Positions 38,738 to 53,654 of a stretch of 64,000 nucleotides of DNA are shown here, in pieces (the first letter of the stretch is position 1; every line of letters begins with the position of its first letter). The position numbers were made by a program, and so were the translations under genes. Source of the DNA: Eledone cirrhosa (Eukaryota); the NCBI GenBank assembly GCA_964016885.1, contig OZ024756.1, positions 36,642,001 to 36,706,000 of the forward strand. The letters run 5' to 3'. A model generated the notes under the pieces. It made no database searches, was not told the origin of the DNA, and worked only from the letters and a program-made list of their open reading frames with translations.

Positions 38738-39910
38738 TTTGCTGCGAAGCGGTGTCACGAGAGAAGAAAACGGTCCATAAACTTCACGCAAGAGACTTTA
38801 TGTTATTGGAATCTGATGCAGCTTGTATCTCATCAGCCTTCTCACTCCACCACTTATCCTTCATCTGAGAAAGACTCCGCCTAACACGTGATTTCACATC
38901 CTTGAGTTCCTTATGCAACATATTCTTCTCCTGTGGTTTTGCTGCCAAGTAGTGTGACAGAACACGCCTCTTATCAACCAATAAGTCATCTATATGTTCA
39001 TCATTCTCATTAGACCAGTTTTGATGTTTTCTCTGCACCAATCCTAGAACATGCCTACCTACATCATAACCCGACTTTTTAAGGGTCGGCCAATCCTCAC
39101 AAAGATCTGCAACATGCATCTCTTCTCGCAATGTCCTCTCAGCTCCAGGATGAGCACGAACACACTGCACATCCCGTCTGTGGCAAGAAGGGCAGGGGGT
39201 CCATTGTATCACAGCCTGCGCTCGCTCATCATCGTGCCACTGTAATAGAGCCAAACAAGGCATTTAATATTGGATGCTAGAACATACGGTCGCTACTTGA
39301 CAGGGATTCCTCGGAACGTCCTGAACGAAGGACCGCTCTTGTTGCAAAGGAGCTTCGACGTTACGATCTTGACATCGTATCTTTATCTGAGACGAAGTTG
39401 AGCTGGAGATGGTCATCTTACAGAATTTTGTGGAGAATATACATTCAGCTGGAAAGGAAGAGATGAAGGAACCAGAAGAGAGGCTGGGGTAGCATTTGCT
39501 GTTAAGACTGCTCTTGTGGATAAATTAGAAGAATTCCCAGTGGGGATTAGTGAGCGTCTTATGTCCATGAGAATTCCGCTGGACAAAGGAAGATATGCGA
39601 CTCTGGTGATGCTCCAACTATGAATTCTGTCGATGAAGAAAAAGTGTCTTTTTATTATGCATTGAAAGGTGTTTTAAGAAATATCCCTTAGGCAAACAAG
39701 GTCATCGTGCTTGGTGACTTTAATGCTAGAGTGGGTAGGGATTTTAACACATGGAATGTAATCGTAAGGCATGGCGTGGGAAAGTGTAACCACAACGGTA
39801 TGCTCCTGTTGCAAATGTGTGGGGAGTTGGATCTGTGTGTTACCAACACCATGTTCCAGCAAAAGAACAAATTTAAGACCACATGGATGCATCCTGCATC
39901 TAAGGAATGA
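38738..39910. mobile_element. Duplicate of the inverted RTE LINE fragments at ~6323-7494
   Basis: Near-identical sequence and ORFs (38784-39263, 39707-39910). Confidence 0.88.
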
Positions 39911-39942
39911 TGTCTTTTCGATATACATACATACATACATAC

Positions 39943-39973
<31 letters not shown>

Positions 39974-42900
39974 CATATATGCTCGTAACTTACGTTTCAA
40001 TTATCCAAAACAAGAATAATTTTAGCTATACGTACTCAATATCTGTTTGACACGCAGTGACTAACAACAGAATGTTTTAAGACTGCACGCCTGACATATA
40101 TGCGTAGCATATGAAAAATAAATTCAAGGCGTTTCGCTGGCCGTGGTGATCCCTGCCAAACATCTTTTGTAATGTATCGTCTTATTGGTTAATTTCAACG
40201 CCTTATTGGCTAATCAATCAATGAGAGTAATTGTTGCTCAAAAGCATCCGCCACTTTGTTTGCACGTTTATTTATCGTTTCGCTTTCGAATCTTCCTCCT
40301 GTATTTCGTCGTTTATCATCAAAATATTTTTCTCGTTTTGGTAAGTTATATTGTTAATTTATATATGATTTTTTAAATTTATATTAACTATTTTTTTTTT
40401 CAGTTCGGTATAACATGCTTATAATATTTGTTGTATCATATTTACTTGTATATTTATCCATATTATTGTTCGTTTTATGTTAGATTATTTTTTTATTATT
40501 ATGTTAGACTATGTATGTAATATTTAATTTTTATTAATTCAACTATAACAATTATTATGTAAAATATATTTATTTAATATTGATTGTTTTTTGTAGTTGT
40601 TTATGTTAAAAGTCTGAAAATATTTTTATACATCTTACAATAATATTTATAAGATCATTTATAAAATAACATAATCTACTTACATTACAACGATAATTTA
40701 TTATTAATATATATATATATCATGTTTAACTAGAGTTATTACAAGCGTTGACTTAAAAAAATATTAAACTAGACCTGAAAAATGCGCAAGCTCAAAACAG
40801 CCACAGAATGTTATAATAAACCTTCAAAAGTGTGGGACTAGAGTTGTTGCTCAAAAATATTGTAATCATTATCTATCGTACACTCTGTGGCATCCTTTTA
40901 TAAAAAAGAGACTCATAACGAACTCAAGACGACACGATAATTATTTAAGTGAATTTATAATATAGAATTCGGTTTAAGTGCATTTCGTATTAATCATTAC
41001 TAAACATCTAATATGAGATATTGAACATTAGCTTAAATAATTATCGTGTGTTCTTGAGTTCGTTATGAGTCTCTTTTTTATAAAAGGGTTCCACAGAGAG
41101 TATGATAGATAATGATTACAATATTTTTAAGCACCAACTCTAGTCCCACACTTTTGAAGGTTTATTATAACATTCTGTGGCTGTTTTGAAATTGCGCATT
41201 TTTCAGGTCTAGTATATAATTCAACATTTGTCAAGTTTGAGCACTTAGCGTTTCTTAGTTTTGAAGCTACTAAAAGTTTTGTGATGGAAACATTATGGCT
41301 GTTACTGTACATGCATATGAAATTATGTTTTCACACGAATTTATCTGATGTTATTGAGAATGTACATTACAAAATGATAGCAGGTTTAACAAGTTGAAAA
41401 TTAGATCATAAATTATTTAATAAAATACACTAGATATAAAACAATGACAATTTAGTTTATAACCAAATTGAACCCTACCAGGCTCCTCTCTAACATATAA
41501 AATAATTTCTTATTACTATTCGGAAAACTTGAAAAGATAGTGTGGGTGGATCATGGCATCAATGTCAAGGCCTGCATTCCGAGTGCTCTGTTGTATTCTT
41601 CGGAGACGTGGACAGTACATCGTAGACACCTTAATTTGCTTGAACACGTTAATCAAAAATGTTTAAGACGAATCCCAAACATAAAATGGCAACACACAAA
41701 TACCCGACTCACAAATCCTTATAGATGCTGGTTGCACGAGCATTGAATCTACCATCATATCCTCTGAAATACGTTGGGTAGGCCATGTTGTACGCATGAA
41801 TGAGGAAAGACTCCCAAAACAATTATTTTACAGACAATTGCACGCTGGAAACGCCCTCAAATGAGGCAAAATGGGGAGATTTTACATAATGAAGGCTATA
41901 CCCATTTTCACAAGAGAAGACATCTCTCACCCACCCCAAAATGGGTTAGATATCTCCATGTCGGATGGGGAGATTTGACTGGTCTGAAGATATTACATGA
42001 ATATTTATAAGTATTCATTCTCAAAGGTTTGGTTACCTTTAAGCTATAGTGACCTTTGTTGACCTTTATACTACAACGGGAGTTGCAACTACGAAGTCTT
42101 GCTTATGTCAGCATAAAGATAAAACTTACTTAACTAATGTACTCTCACGAAATAATATTTAAATACTGAGAGTAAATATAATTGGAATAAATTAAATTAT
42201 ATACACACTCAAATAAATAATTAAGGTTATTAATTCAACACGTAAGGCTTTCTTAGAGAAATGATCACAACAAGATAATGACTGTTTATCTAAACAGAAA
42301 CAGATGAAAACCTAGTAAGATATCAACTTTGAAGCAACACCAGATTCCTCTTTACGTAACTTCAACTCTATCTTCTTATTCACAAGGTAACGTTAAGATA
42401 ATCTAGATAATCTATAATCTATTTATTGATATATTGCTTCTTGATCACATAATGTTTATCCATTTTATAACAAACTAACAGAGGCACCCGGCGTTGCCCG
42501 GGAATGAAGTTGTTCCTTATATATTAGAAGAAAAAATCAGTTTGTGGGAATGTATGTGTTTGTGTGAAAATATGTGTATTTGTGTAAATGTATGTATGTG
42601 TTTGTGTGAAAGTATGTGTATTTGTGTGAATGTATGTATGAGTTTGTGTGAAAGTATGTGTATTTGTGTAAATGTATGTATGTGGTTGTGTGAAAGTATG
42701 TGTATTTGTGTAAATGTATGGATGTGGTTGTGTGAAAGTATGTGTATTTGTGTGAATGTATGCATGTGGTTGTGGGAATGTATGTGTATTTGTGCGAATG
42801 TATGCATGTGGTTGTGTGAAAGTATGTGTATTTGTGTGAATGTATGTATGTGTTTGTGTGAAAGTATGTGTATTTGTGTGAATATATGAATTTTGGTGTG

Positions 42901-43114
42901 TCTGTGTTTGTGCGATTATAGTTATATACCCATACATATAAATGTATGTATATCCAAAAGAACGTAAAAGGCGATAACTCTATGCCGCTAAGCATGTTGT
43001 CCAACGCTCTACTGATTTTGCCAATCCACCGCCCTACCTTCCACCACAAAATAATAACGTTTTCTTTTGTTTTTGTTGTTTTCTCAAATATTTTCAGTAA
43101 AATACCTTCCCAAC

Positions 43115-43369
43115 ATGCCCTCTCAATCGACAAAACAAGAAAAAATTGTTAAAGATGTGAAAAATTACCACCAGAGGGAACCAGTGATACCAGATAGAGG
43201 TTGGGGGTGGGTGGTATGCTTTGCTGCAGCCTGTGCCTATTTTATTGTTGTTGGTTTAACGAGTTCTATAGGAATATCTCTCGTTAGCCTCAAAAGAATC
43301 TTTTATGAGGAATCCGTGGGAAACTGTCCTTAGTTGGAGCTCTGATAAATGGACTTAGTTTACTTGCAG
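43115..43369 (+). pseudogene. SLC16-like copy E: exon 1 only
   Basis: PDRGWG variant; 1-nt deletion (255 nt); intron 1 is cut at ~43441 by a block switch. Confidence 0.85.
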
Positions 43370-44374
43370 GTAAAGTTTCATGTCTTTACCTTTGTAATTT
43401 TTACCTATTTTCTTTTCACTAATTTCATTCATTGGAACAATATACATATATATATATATATATATATCAATATAGATACACACATACAAATAGATACACA
43501 TACATATCAAAACACAAACACACATACATATCAATTCAGATACGTGTATTAAATATCAACATAAACATACATATCATTATATAGACACATATATAGCATT
43601 ATAGGCCTATAAGATAGAGATAAAAGAAACATATATATAGATACACAAATATCAATACATACAAATGTATACCAATGTAGACACAAATACCAACATGGCC
43701 ATACTTATATACCAATATAGACACATATATATAATATAGATATATTCTCACACACGCAGACACACACACACCAAGTGTCATATGTTCTTATGTCAAGACC
43801 CTTCATTACTAACAAGGGAGGTAATACAGTACCTTAAGTACAATACATTCTCATGTTGAGAGTCGTTAATATTGACAGGGGAGGTAATACAGTAACTTAA
43901 GTAGGGTTGTCTCATATCTAGTCTTCAATATTGACAAGGGAGGTAATACAGTACCTTAATTATGGTTATCTCATGTCGAGTCTTCAATACTGACAAGGGA
44001 AGTAATACAATACCTTAAGTACGATATATTCTCATACCTAGAGTCTTCAACATTGACAAGGGAGGTAATACAGAGTCTTCTAACATTGTCAACGTTCTTT
44101 CAATACAATAATAAATCTATAAGAAACACTTATAAATCTCCCAATATATAAAATAATAAATAATTAAACATTAATCTACGGTATTTTCTATTAATTTTAG
44201 GGCAAACTTTCAGCAACAGATAATAAAGATGTCAAAGACGAATATATTATAGAGAACGAGAAAGTCAACAGAAGTTCAGTTATAAAACGTTTTTTAAATA
44301 TAATTGGTCTTGAGCTTTTTAGACAACCTAAATTTGTATCATTGCTGATCTCCTACACTTTGTGGGCGTGTGAG

Positions 44375-44413
<39 letters not shown>

Positions 44414-44437
44414 GTACATGTATGTATGAATACATAT

Positions 44438-44483
<46 letters not shown>

Positions 44484-44789
44484 GTAGCAGGTGAGTTTTA
44501 TTCTAGCACAATAAAACAATGCAAATGTCGGATAAGTAGCACTCTACAGTTTGTAGGACGGGAGTATAAATAATATAAGATCAAAAGATGGTTAAAAGAG
44601 TTCCAAGTATTTTATTATGCGCATTTCAAAAACAAATATCATCATGGGATATCTGCGTTCTCATCGGATAAAATGGGGAGACATGATATGAAGCTTAAAA
44701 AACACTTGTGAATAGTTTTAAATCAAATTAATGTTGATTTAAAACTTCACTATTCACAAGTGTTTTTTAAGCTTCATATCATGTATCCC

Positions 44790-44857
44790 TATTTTATCTG
44801 ATGAAAACGCAGATATCATCTCATGATATTTGTTTTTGAAATGCGCATAATAAAATA
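44790..44857 (+). ncRNA. Minimal type I hammerhead ribozyme, duplicate of 14537-14607
   Basis: Intact CUGAUGA / GAAA UGCGCA UA core and 8-bp stem I; stem II is 3 nt shorter. Confidence 0.78.
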
Positions 44858-45209
44858 CTTGGAACACTTTTAACCATCTTTTGATCTTATATATATATAT
44901 ATATATATATATACACTTATATATATTGTTATACTTTGGGAGGGTCATGTTGCCAATAATATATATATATATTCTTGGAATAGAAGACTTTATTAGATTA
45001 GATGTTAAGAAATTGGAAGTTCTTATTGACAATCTGTTTCCATGGATTAAAAAAGGAACATTATCTAGTTCAAAACACCAATGTAGAAACGGAGATTACA
45101 ACGAGTCTTTTAGTAGTACTACACCCAAATACCAACCTTTCATAAAAGTTTTAAATATTTTATTTAAGATATTTTCAGTAGAAAGATCTTGAAAATTGCC
45201 AAAAACAAC

Positions 45210-47433
45210 CAGTGATACCAGATGGAGGTTGGGGTTGGGTCGTATGTTTTGCTGCAGCCTCTGTTTGTTTCACAGTAATTGGATTGACAGGTTCTTCTGG
45301 AATCTCCCTTCTTGGACTCAGAAAAATCTTTGATGAGCCAGTATCAAAGTTGTCTTTGATCGGAACCTTACTTGGAGGCCTCAGTATGCTTGCAGTTAAA
45401 TCAAATAAATTTTCTAATCCTACCCCATGCTTTCAAAACAGTATCTTGCCCCGCTTTAAAGCTATTTCAGGGTTTGAGGTTTCTTCAATTTTATGAAAAT
45501 ATATTTTTGTGTTATCTATTGCTACCACGAAATATCTCTTTATTCAATGTTTCCCGCAATATTTCTCATGATACTCTTTTGTGGGTGAGTTAGGAAAGTG
45601 ATTTGAATTTTATTGCCTTCACTGGAAAGAGAAAAATAATCAGATTGAACCTAAACACTTTAAGTTATATAGATGGCACCATATAGTTATTCTCTGGTCA
45701 GTGAGTTACAAAAGTGGGGTAAATTATATTGTCATGACATTATACTAAATCAATAATAAGATCGAACCTAGAAATCTTAAGCTGTATTGATTATTCGTTA
45801 TCACATTATATCTTCAGCTCCAGTTGCCAGTATTTTGTTGGCTTATTTTAGTCATAGGACAGTGTTGATATTATCAGGACTTATTGGATTCACAGGAGCC
45901 ATTTTGGGAGTATTTTCTACCAGTAGTGATATGATGATAGGTACATATGGGGTTATTACAGATAAGATATCGTTCAAACTTACAGAAAATACATTACATT
46001 TATCATTTAATATCATAATATATTTGACATTACCTTATATGTGATATATATCTTGTAATATCATTACATATCTAACGTACGACATTTAATATTATGACAG
46101 ATATACTACAGTTTATAACAGACGACAATAAATATTCTCAAATATCACAATGAATATTGCTAATACATTATAAATACTAGCAGAAAAACCGCCCCACGAT
46201 CGGTTTTCTGCTAGTATATATAATCTGCATATTGATATTATACGTTAATATACATAAATATAGATATGACAGGTAAATTGAGAAGTAATTTGACAATATG
46301 CTCATAAATTGAAGAGAGACTGTGTTATACTTTCTTCTGTAATCAGTAAAGTAATCCATGAAACATTTAAAAAAGACGATATGTCTGTCGGTGTGTCTTT
46401 CATGTTTGTGTAAATATGTTATCCCTACGGTGAAATCTTAGAAATAAATATATATTAAAACGAAAAACAAGAAAATGAAATTAGAGACAGAAATATACAG
46501 GTTATGATATAATGAAATCTAACGGAAGTTGACATTTGAAAGTTTTAACAGAAGTGAATCTTGAAATAAGCAATACATTATATATAAAACGATTTATGTT
46601 TTATCAAGAGATTAGAAATTTATTAGATAAATTACATAATATTCATTCATGATTTATTCAAAGTAACCCATCATATTTCATTAACGTGATGTAAAATAAT
46701 AAACTGGACACAGTATCGCAGTTCTCCAATCATTATATATAAAGTGATTTTTTGTTTTGCAGGTGTGTCGCTTGGAATGTCCTTCTTCACTGCGCCAATT
46801 ATCGCAGGACAGTATTTTGACAAGAAACGTGCCTTAGCAATAGCAATAGCTAATTGTGGTGGAGGAGTGGGGACATATTAGTTTAATATCTCAGGATTTT
46901 ACGGACTGAGAGGGACCTTACTCCTTATATCAGGAGGGCTTCACAATATAGTTGTTTTTGGATCACTTTGTCGACCTCTGAAATATGTCTATAAAGAGGT
47001 AGAACATAAAGAAGATATAGGTAAGTTTGTTACAATATCAAATGATATTATTGTTGAACAATATTCCAGTTTCCTTGTCTGTTGATCTGTCATTCACTAC
47101 ATTACTGTAACATATTCCTAATTATTTACAATGTCAAACAATTTGATTGTTAAAAGAACCAGTTATTAATTTAAAAAGCTAACACATCTTTTTATGTATA
47201 TATAAATGTGTATATATGTATAATGGTGTGAGTTGTTTTGTTTAAAATGTGAGTAGAGAGACAAATAGTAATATTCTTAATAAAAATTGTGGACATTTCT
47301 ACTTTGAGCTTTACCAGACGACACAATCGAAAACTCTGTGACAGACGATGTAAAATCAGACGACACAGAAAATAATAAACAAGAAGGAATAGTAAACGAG
47401 ACGTTTGTTATGTCAGAAGATAGATATAATACG
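45210..47433 (+). pseudogene. Divergent SLC16-like paralog H2: exons ~45210-45395, 45818-45961, 46763-47020, 47309-47433
   Basis: Donors of exons 1 and 2 mutated (cag|tt, cag|at); deletions and TAA in exon 3. Confidence 0.85.
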
Positions 47434-48454
47434 GTGAGATTTGATTATTTATAGTGCTAACTATATTACTAGGGTATCAGTTATTAATTTATATTTTTAA
47501 AATAATTAAAAGTTAAAGTCTCAGTAACAATAGCTAAAATAATTATTATGGAAATAATTCTGGATATTATTTTGGAAAAATTTTTAGAAATATTTTTTGG
47601 AAATATTTTTTGAAAATATTTTTGGAAATATTATTATTGAAATATTTTTTTGAAATATTTTTTGAAATATTTTTGGAAATATTTTTTTTGAAATATTTTT
47701 TGGAAATATTTTTTTGGAAGTATTTGGAAATTATTTTTACAGAAATATTTTTGTTAAGGTTTACCACGACAAATAATTAAGAAAAATAATATAAAAGCAA
47801 TCAGTAAAAAGATTCCACATCCATAAAAAACAAACCGAAAGGATCCTGTGAGGTCGAAAATCAGTCCTGAAATTACAAACATCCTTTAATATATTATTGT
47901 TTACTATATATTTCGTTTAAATACATTGAAATTTCTAAGTCTTATAACTTTCATGGATTGATTGTCAAGAAGTCATCGTAGATAAAGATTGGTTGAATCA
48001 AAGTTAACGACTTTTCTATATAACAGGTATTTATTTTATGTAGCACACATAAACAAAAGACTAAATGTTTAAACTCAGAAAATAGATATAAGTACAGTTT
48101 TATAATTATAAGCTTCACAGTTAAAGTAATGGTTTCTGATATAGCATAATATTTTGGGGTCACTGGTGCTTTATTTTAAATACCCCGTAGGGATAAAAGG
48201 CAAAGCTAACCTCGGCGGGATTTAAACTCAGAACGTAAAGGTACGTAACTCTCTGCTACAAAGCATGGTGTCTGACGCTCTACCTTTTCAGAGATTTTTG
48301 TCTCGTCATTAGAAGCTAACTGCTCCTATGATTCTAATACTTCTAAGCCAGACAAAAACAGAAGAATCGGCAAATATCTAAGTCCAGAATTTACTGAGCT
48401 TTTCATTCCTCATTATGTGAGATGCCTATTGAGGAATAACTTTGAAAAACTTAC

Positions 48455-49757
<1,303 letters not shown>

Positions 49758-50608
49758 CTGAAATTTAAAAAAAAATTACATATATATATATCAATAATAT
49801 TAATGTAAAATATCTTTATAAAACCATATTTATTTTATTATACGTATTTCAAGGGTACTGAAATATTAGTACCCTTGAAATACGTATAATAAAATAAATA
49901 TGGTTTTATAAAGATATTTTCCATTTATTAATATTATTGATATTAATGATACTCCGGATAAATCTCGTTGGGTGCTTCTAATCTGTTGTAAATTAACTTT
50001 GTTGAATAATCAACAAACTAAATAACTCATTGTTTATATATATATATAAACTATAATAAAGGAAGGTCTGCGGGACTGCGTACGGTTTATTTTCTTTTTA
50101 TCCCGATTGTAAAATAAGTTGGATTACTTTGAATAAATAATGAATGAATATTACATAATTCATCTACTAAATTTCGTAAACAAAATTAATTTCGTAAAAA
50201 TAAATAATTTAAAATTGACTTCTTTTCAAAGTTGCACTTCCGGTATATCGTTACCACCACCACCACCACTTCAACTACCATATATATATATAGAAACAGA
50301 GAGTGTGTGATGTTAACACTTCCGGTGGCGATCGCTTAAATAAACATGCTAATTTTCTGTCACTAATTCTCTCCTAATGCAGTTTATATATATCGTCTTT
50401 TTTTAATGTATCATGGATTACGTTACTGATTACATAAGACAATGTAACAGTCTTCTTTCAATTTCTGTGTATATTGTCAATTACGATTTTATTTGATCAT
50501 ATCTACATGTATATATACTTGCGTATAATATCAATATACACACTGCACATGCTAGCAGAAAACCACTCGAAGGGTGGTTTTTCTGTTAGTGTATATATAT
50601 ATATGGAA

Positions 50609-50646
<38 letters not shown>

Positions 50647-52171
50647 ATAGTAGTAGTAGTAGTAGTAGTACTCACACCCCCACAAAGTGTAGGTGATCAG
50701 CAATGATACAAATTTAGGTTGTCTAAAAAGCTCAAGACCAATTAAATTTGAACAACGTTTTATAACTGAACTTCTGTTGACTTTCTCGTTCTCTATAATA
50801 TATTCGTCTTCGACATCTTTATTATCTGCTGCTGAAAGTTTGCCCTAATATTAATAGAAAATACCGTAGATTAATGTTTAATTATTTATTATTTTATATA
50901 TTGGGAGATTTATAAGTGTTTCTTATAGATTTATTATTGTATTGAAAGAACGTTGACAATGTTAGAAGACTCTGTATTACCTCCCTTGTCAATGTTGAAA
51001 ACTCTAGGTATGAGAATGTATCGTACTTAAGGTACTGTATTACTTCCCTTCTCAGTATTGAAGACTAGAAACGAGACACATCCTAATTAAGGTACTGTAT
51101 TACCTCCCTTGTCAATATTGAAGGCTAGATATAAAACACATCCTAATTTAGGTACTGTATTACCTCCCTTGTCAATATTGAAAACTCGACATGAGAATTT
51201 ATCGTACTTAAGGTACTGTATTACCTCTCCTGTCAATATTAACGACTCTCAACATAAGAATGTATTGTACTTAAGGTACTGTATTACCTCCCTTCTTAGT
51301 AATGAAGGTCTTGACATAAGAAAATATGACACTTGGTGAGTGTGTGTGTGTGTATTTGTGTGTGGCTGCGTGTGTGAGAATATATCTATATACTATGTAT
51401 GTGTCTATATTGGTATATAAGTATGACCATGTTGGTATTTATGTGTCGGTATACATTTGTATGTATTGATATTTGTGCATCTATAAATATGTTTCTTTTA
51501 TCTATATCTTATAGGCCTATAATTGTTTCTACTTTTTGGCACAAGGCCAGCAATTATCACAGTGTATGACTGGTACATTATTTTATCGACCCCCTATGGA
51601 TGAAAGGCAAAGTTAACCTCGGCGGGATTTGAACTCAGACCATAACGGGCCGTAACTCTTTGCTGCAAAGCATGGTGTCCGACCCTCTGCCGATACTGCC
51701 AAACCACCGCCCTTATAGGCCTATAATGCTATATACATATATATAGCCGATCGACTTTCGAAAAATCGGTCCGAGGAAAGAATGTTTCCGTTGGTCCTTT
51801 CAATTGCTCATGTTATTTATCCGTCGCAACTCCTGGTAGAAGAAGCAACGTGAAATAAAGAGTTTTGCTCAAGGACATAACGCACCGCCTGGTCCAGGAA
51901 TCGAACTCACCACCTCAAGAATCCACTTCTCTAACCACTCAGCCACGCGCCTTCACAATGCTATACATGTGTCTATATGATATGTATCTTTATGTTGATA
52001 TTTGATACGTGTTTCTGTATTGATACAATGTGTGTTTCTGTTTTCATATGTATACGTATCTATGTGTATGTGTGTATCTATATTGATAAATATATGCGTA
52101 CCTATCGGTATATATGTATCTGCATTAATGTACATATGTACCTGCTGGTATGTCTGTCAATGTATACAGTT

Positions 52172-52235
<64 letters not shown>

Positions 52236-53292
52236 TTAGGTAGTGAAATAGTACCTTCGCTATATTTTTGACTAAATAAATCTTAACTATAATAAACGGG
52301 GTATAAAAATATATTCTGGACTGCGTCCAGAATATATTTTTATACCCCGTTTATAAAATAAGTTGGATTACTTTGAATAAATAATGAATGAATATTACAT
52401 AATTTATGTGGTAAATTTTGTGGCTGTTGATTAAATACATTTTATAGCTTATTTAAAGATTAACTTCTTTAACATTTTCTTATGTCAACACTTCCGGTGA
52501 GCTGCTGTTATATTATTACACTTATAAAAATATCACATATATTTCCGTCGCTAATTTTCTCCTAATGCAGTTTATATATTATATCGTCTTTTTTTAAATG
52601 TATCATGGATTACTTTACTGATTACAGAAGACAGTGTAACATAGTCTTCGTTCAATTTTGTGTATATTGGCAATTACGATTTTATTTGATCATATCTACA
52701 TGTATATATACTCATATCTACATGCATCTATATGTGTGTATAATATTAATGTACACACTACACATGCTATCAGAAAACCACCTGAGAGGTGGTTTTTCTG
52801 CTAGTGAGTCTAATAATTGGAGTTATAAAAACCCACAAAATGAATAAGCATTGACAAACATGATACACAACCCACATCTCTGACTACAACGGCCATTGTT
52901 TTACCATTACACCAATACGTTATCCACACAAATTTCCATTCAATTTGAAGCTATGCAATCATAGCGTATGAATACATATATATAAGATACAAAGATTTTA
53001 GTTTTTGTTTACAAACAGCGAAGAATTTGAAACTAGATAGTGAAATAGTGCCTGTGGGTTTTTATAACTCCAATTATTAGGCTAATTTATTTAGTCAAAA
53101 ATACAACGTATTGGTGTGATGGTAACACAACGTATTGGTGTAATGGTAACACAATATATTGGTGTAATGGTAACACAATATATTGGTGTAATGGTAACAC
53201 AATATATTGGTGTAATGGTAACACAATATATTGGTGTAATGGTAACACAATGGCCGTGGTAACCAGAGATGTGGATTCGTGTCGCTTGTACA

Positions 53293-53561
53293 TCAATGTT
53301 CATTCATTTTTCCATTCTGTGGAAGATACAAAGCGTTTATATATTATATATAATATATATATACAATCCTTCTCACTTTATACTGTTTTTCATCAGATGT
53401 ATCACATGTCTTGTTAATTATTCCTTCCTGGATTATCTTTCCTTTATCGAAAGATCCTGACACTGAAGATGGAGTTCCAATCACAGAATGGGGGTTGGTC
53501 TTGTCTGCTACTGTTGAAATATATACATATATAGATATATATGTGTACACACACACACACG

Positions 53562-53654
<93 letters not shown>

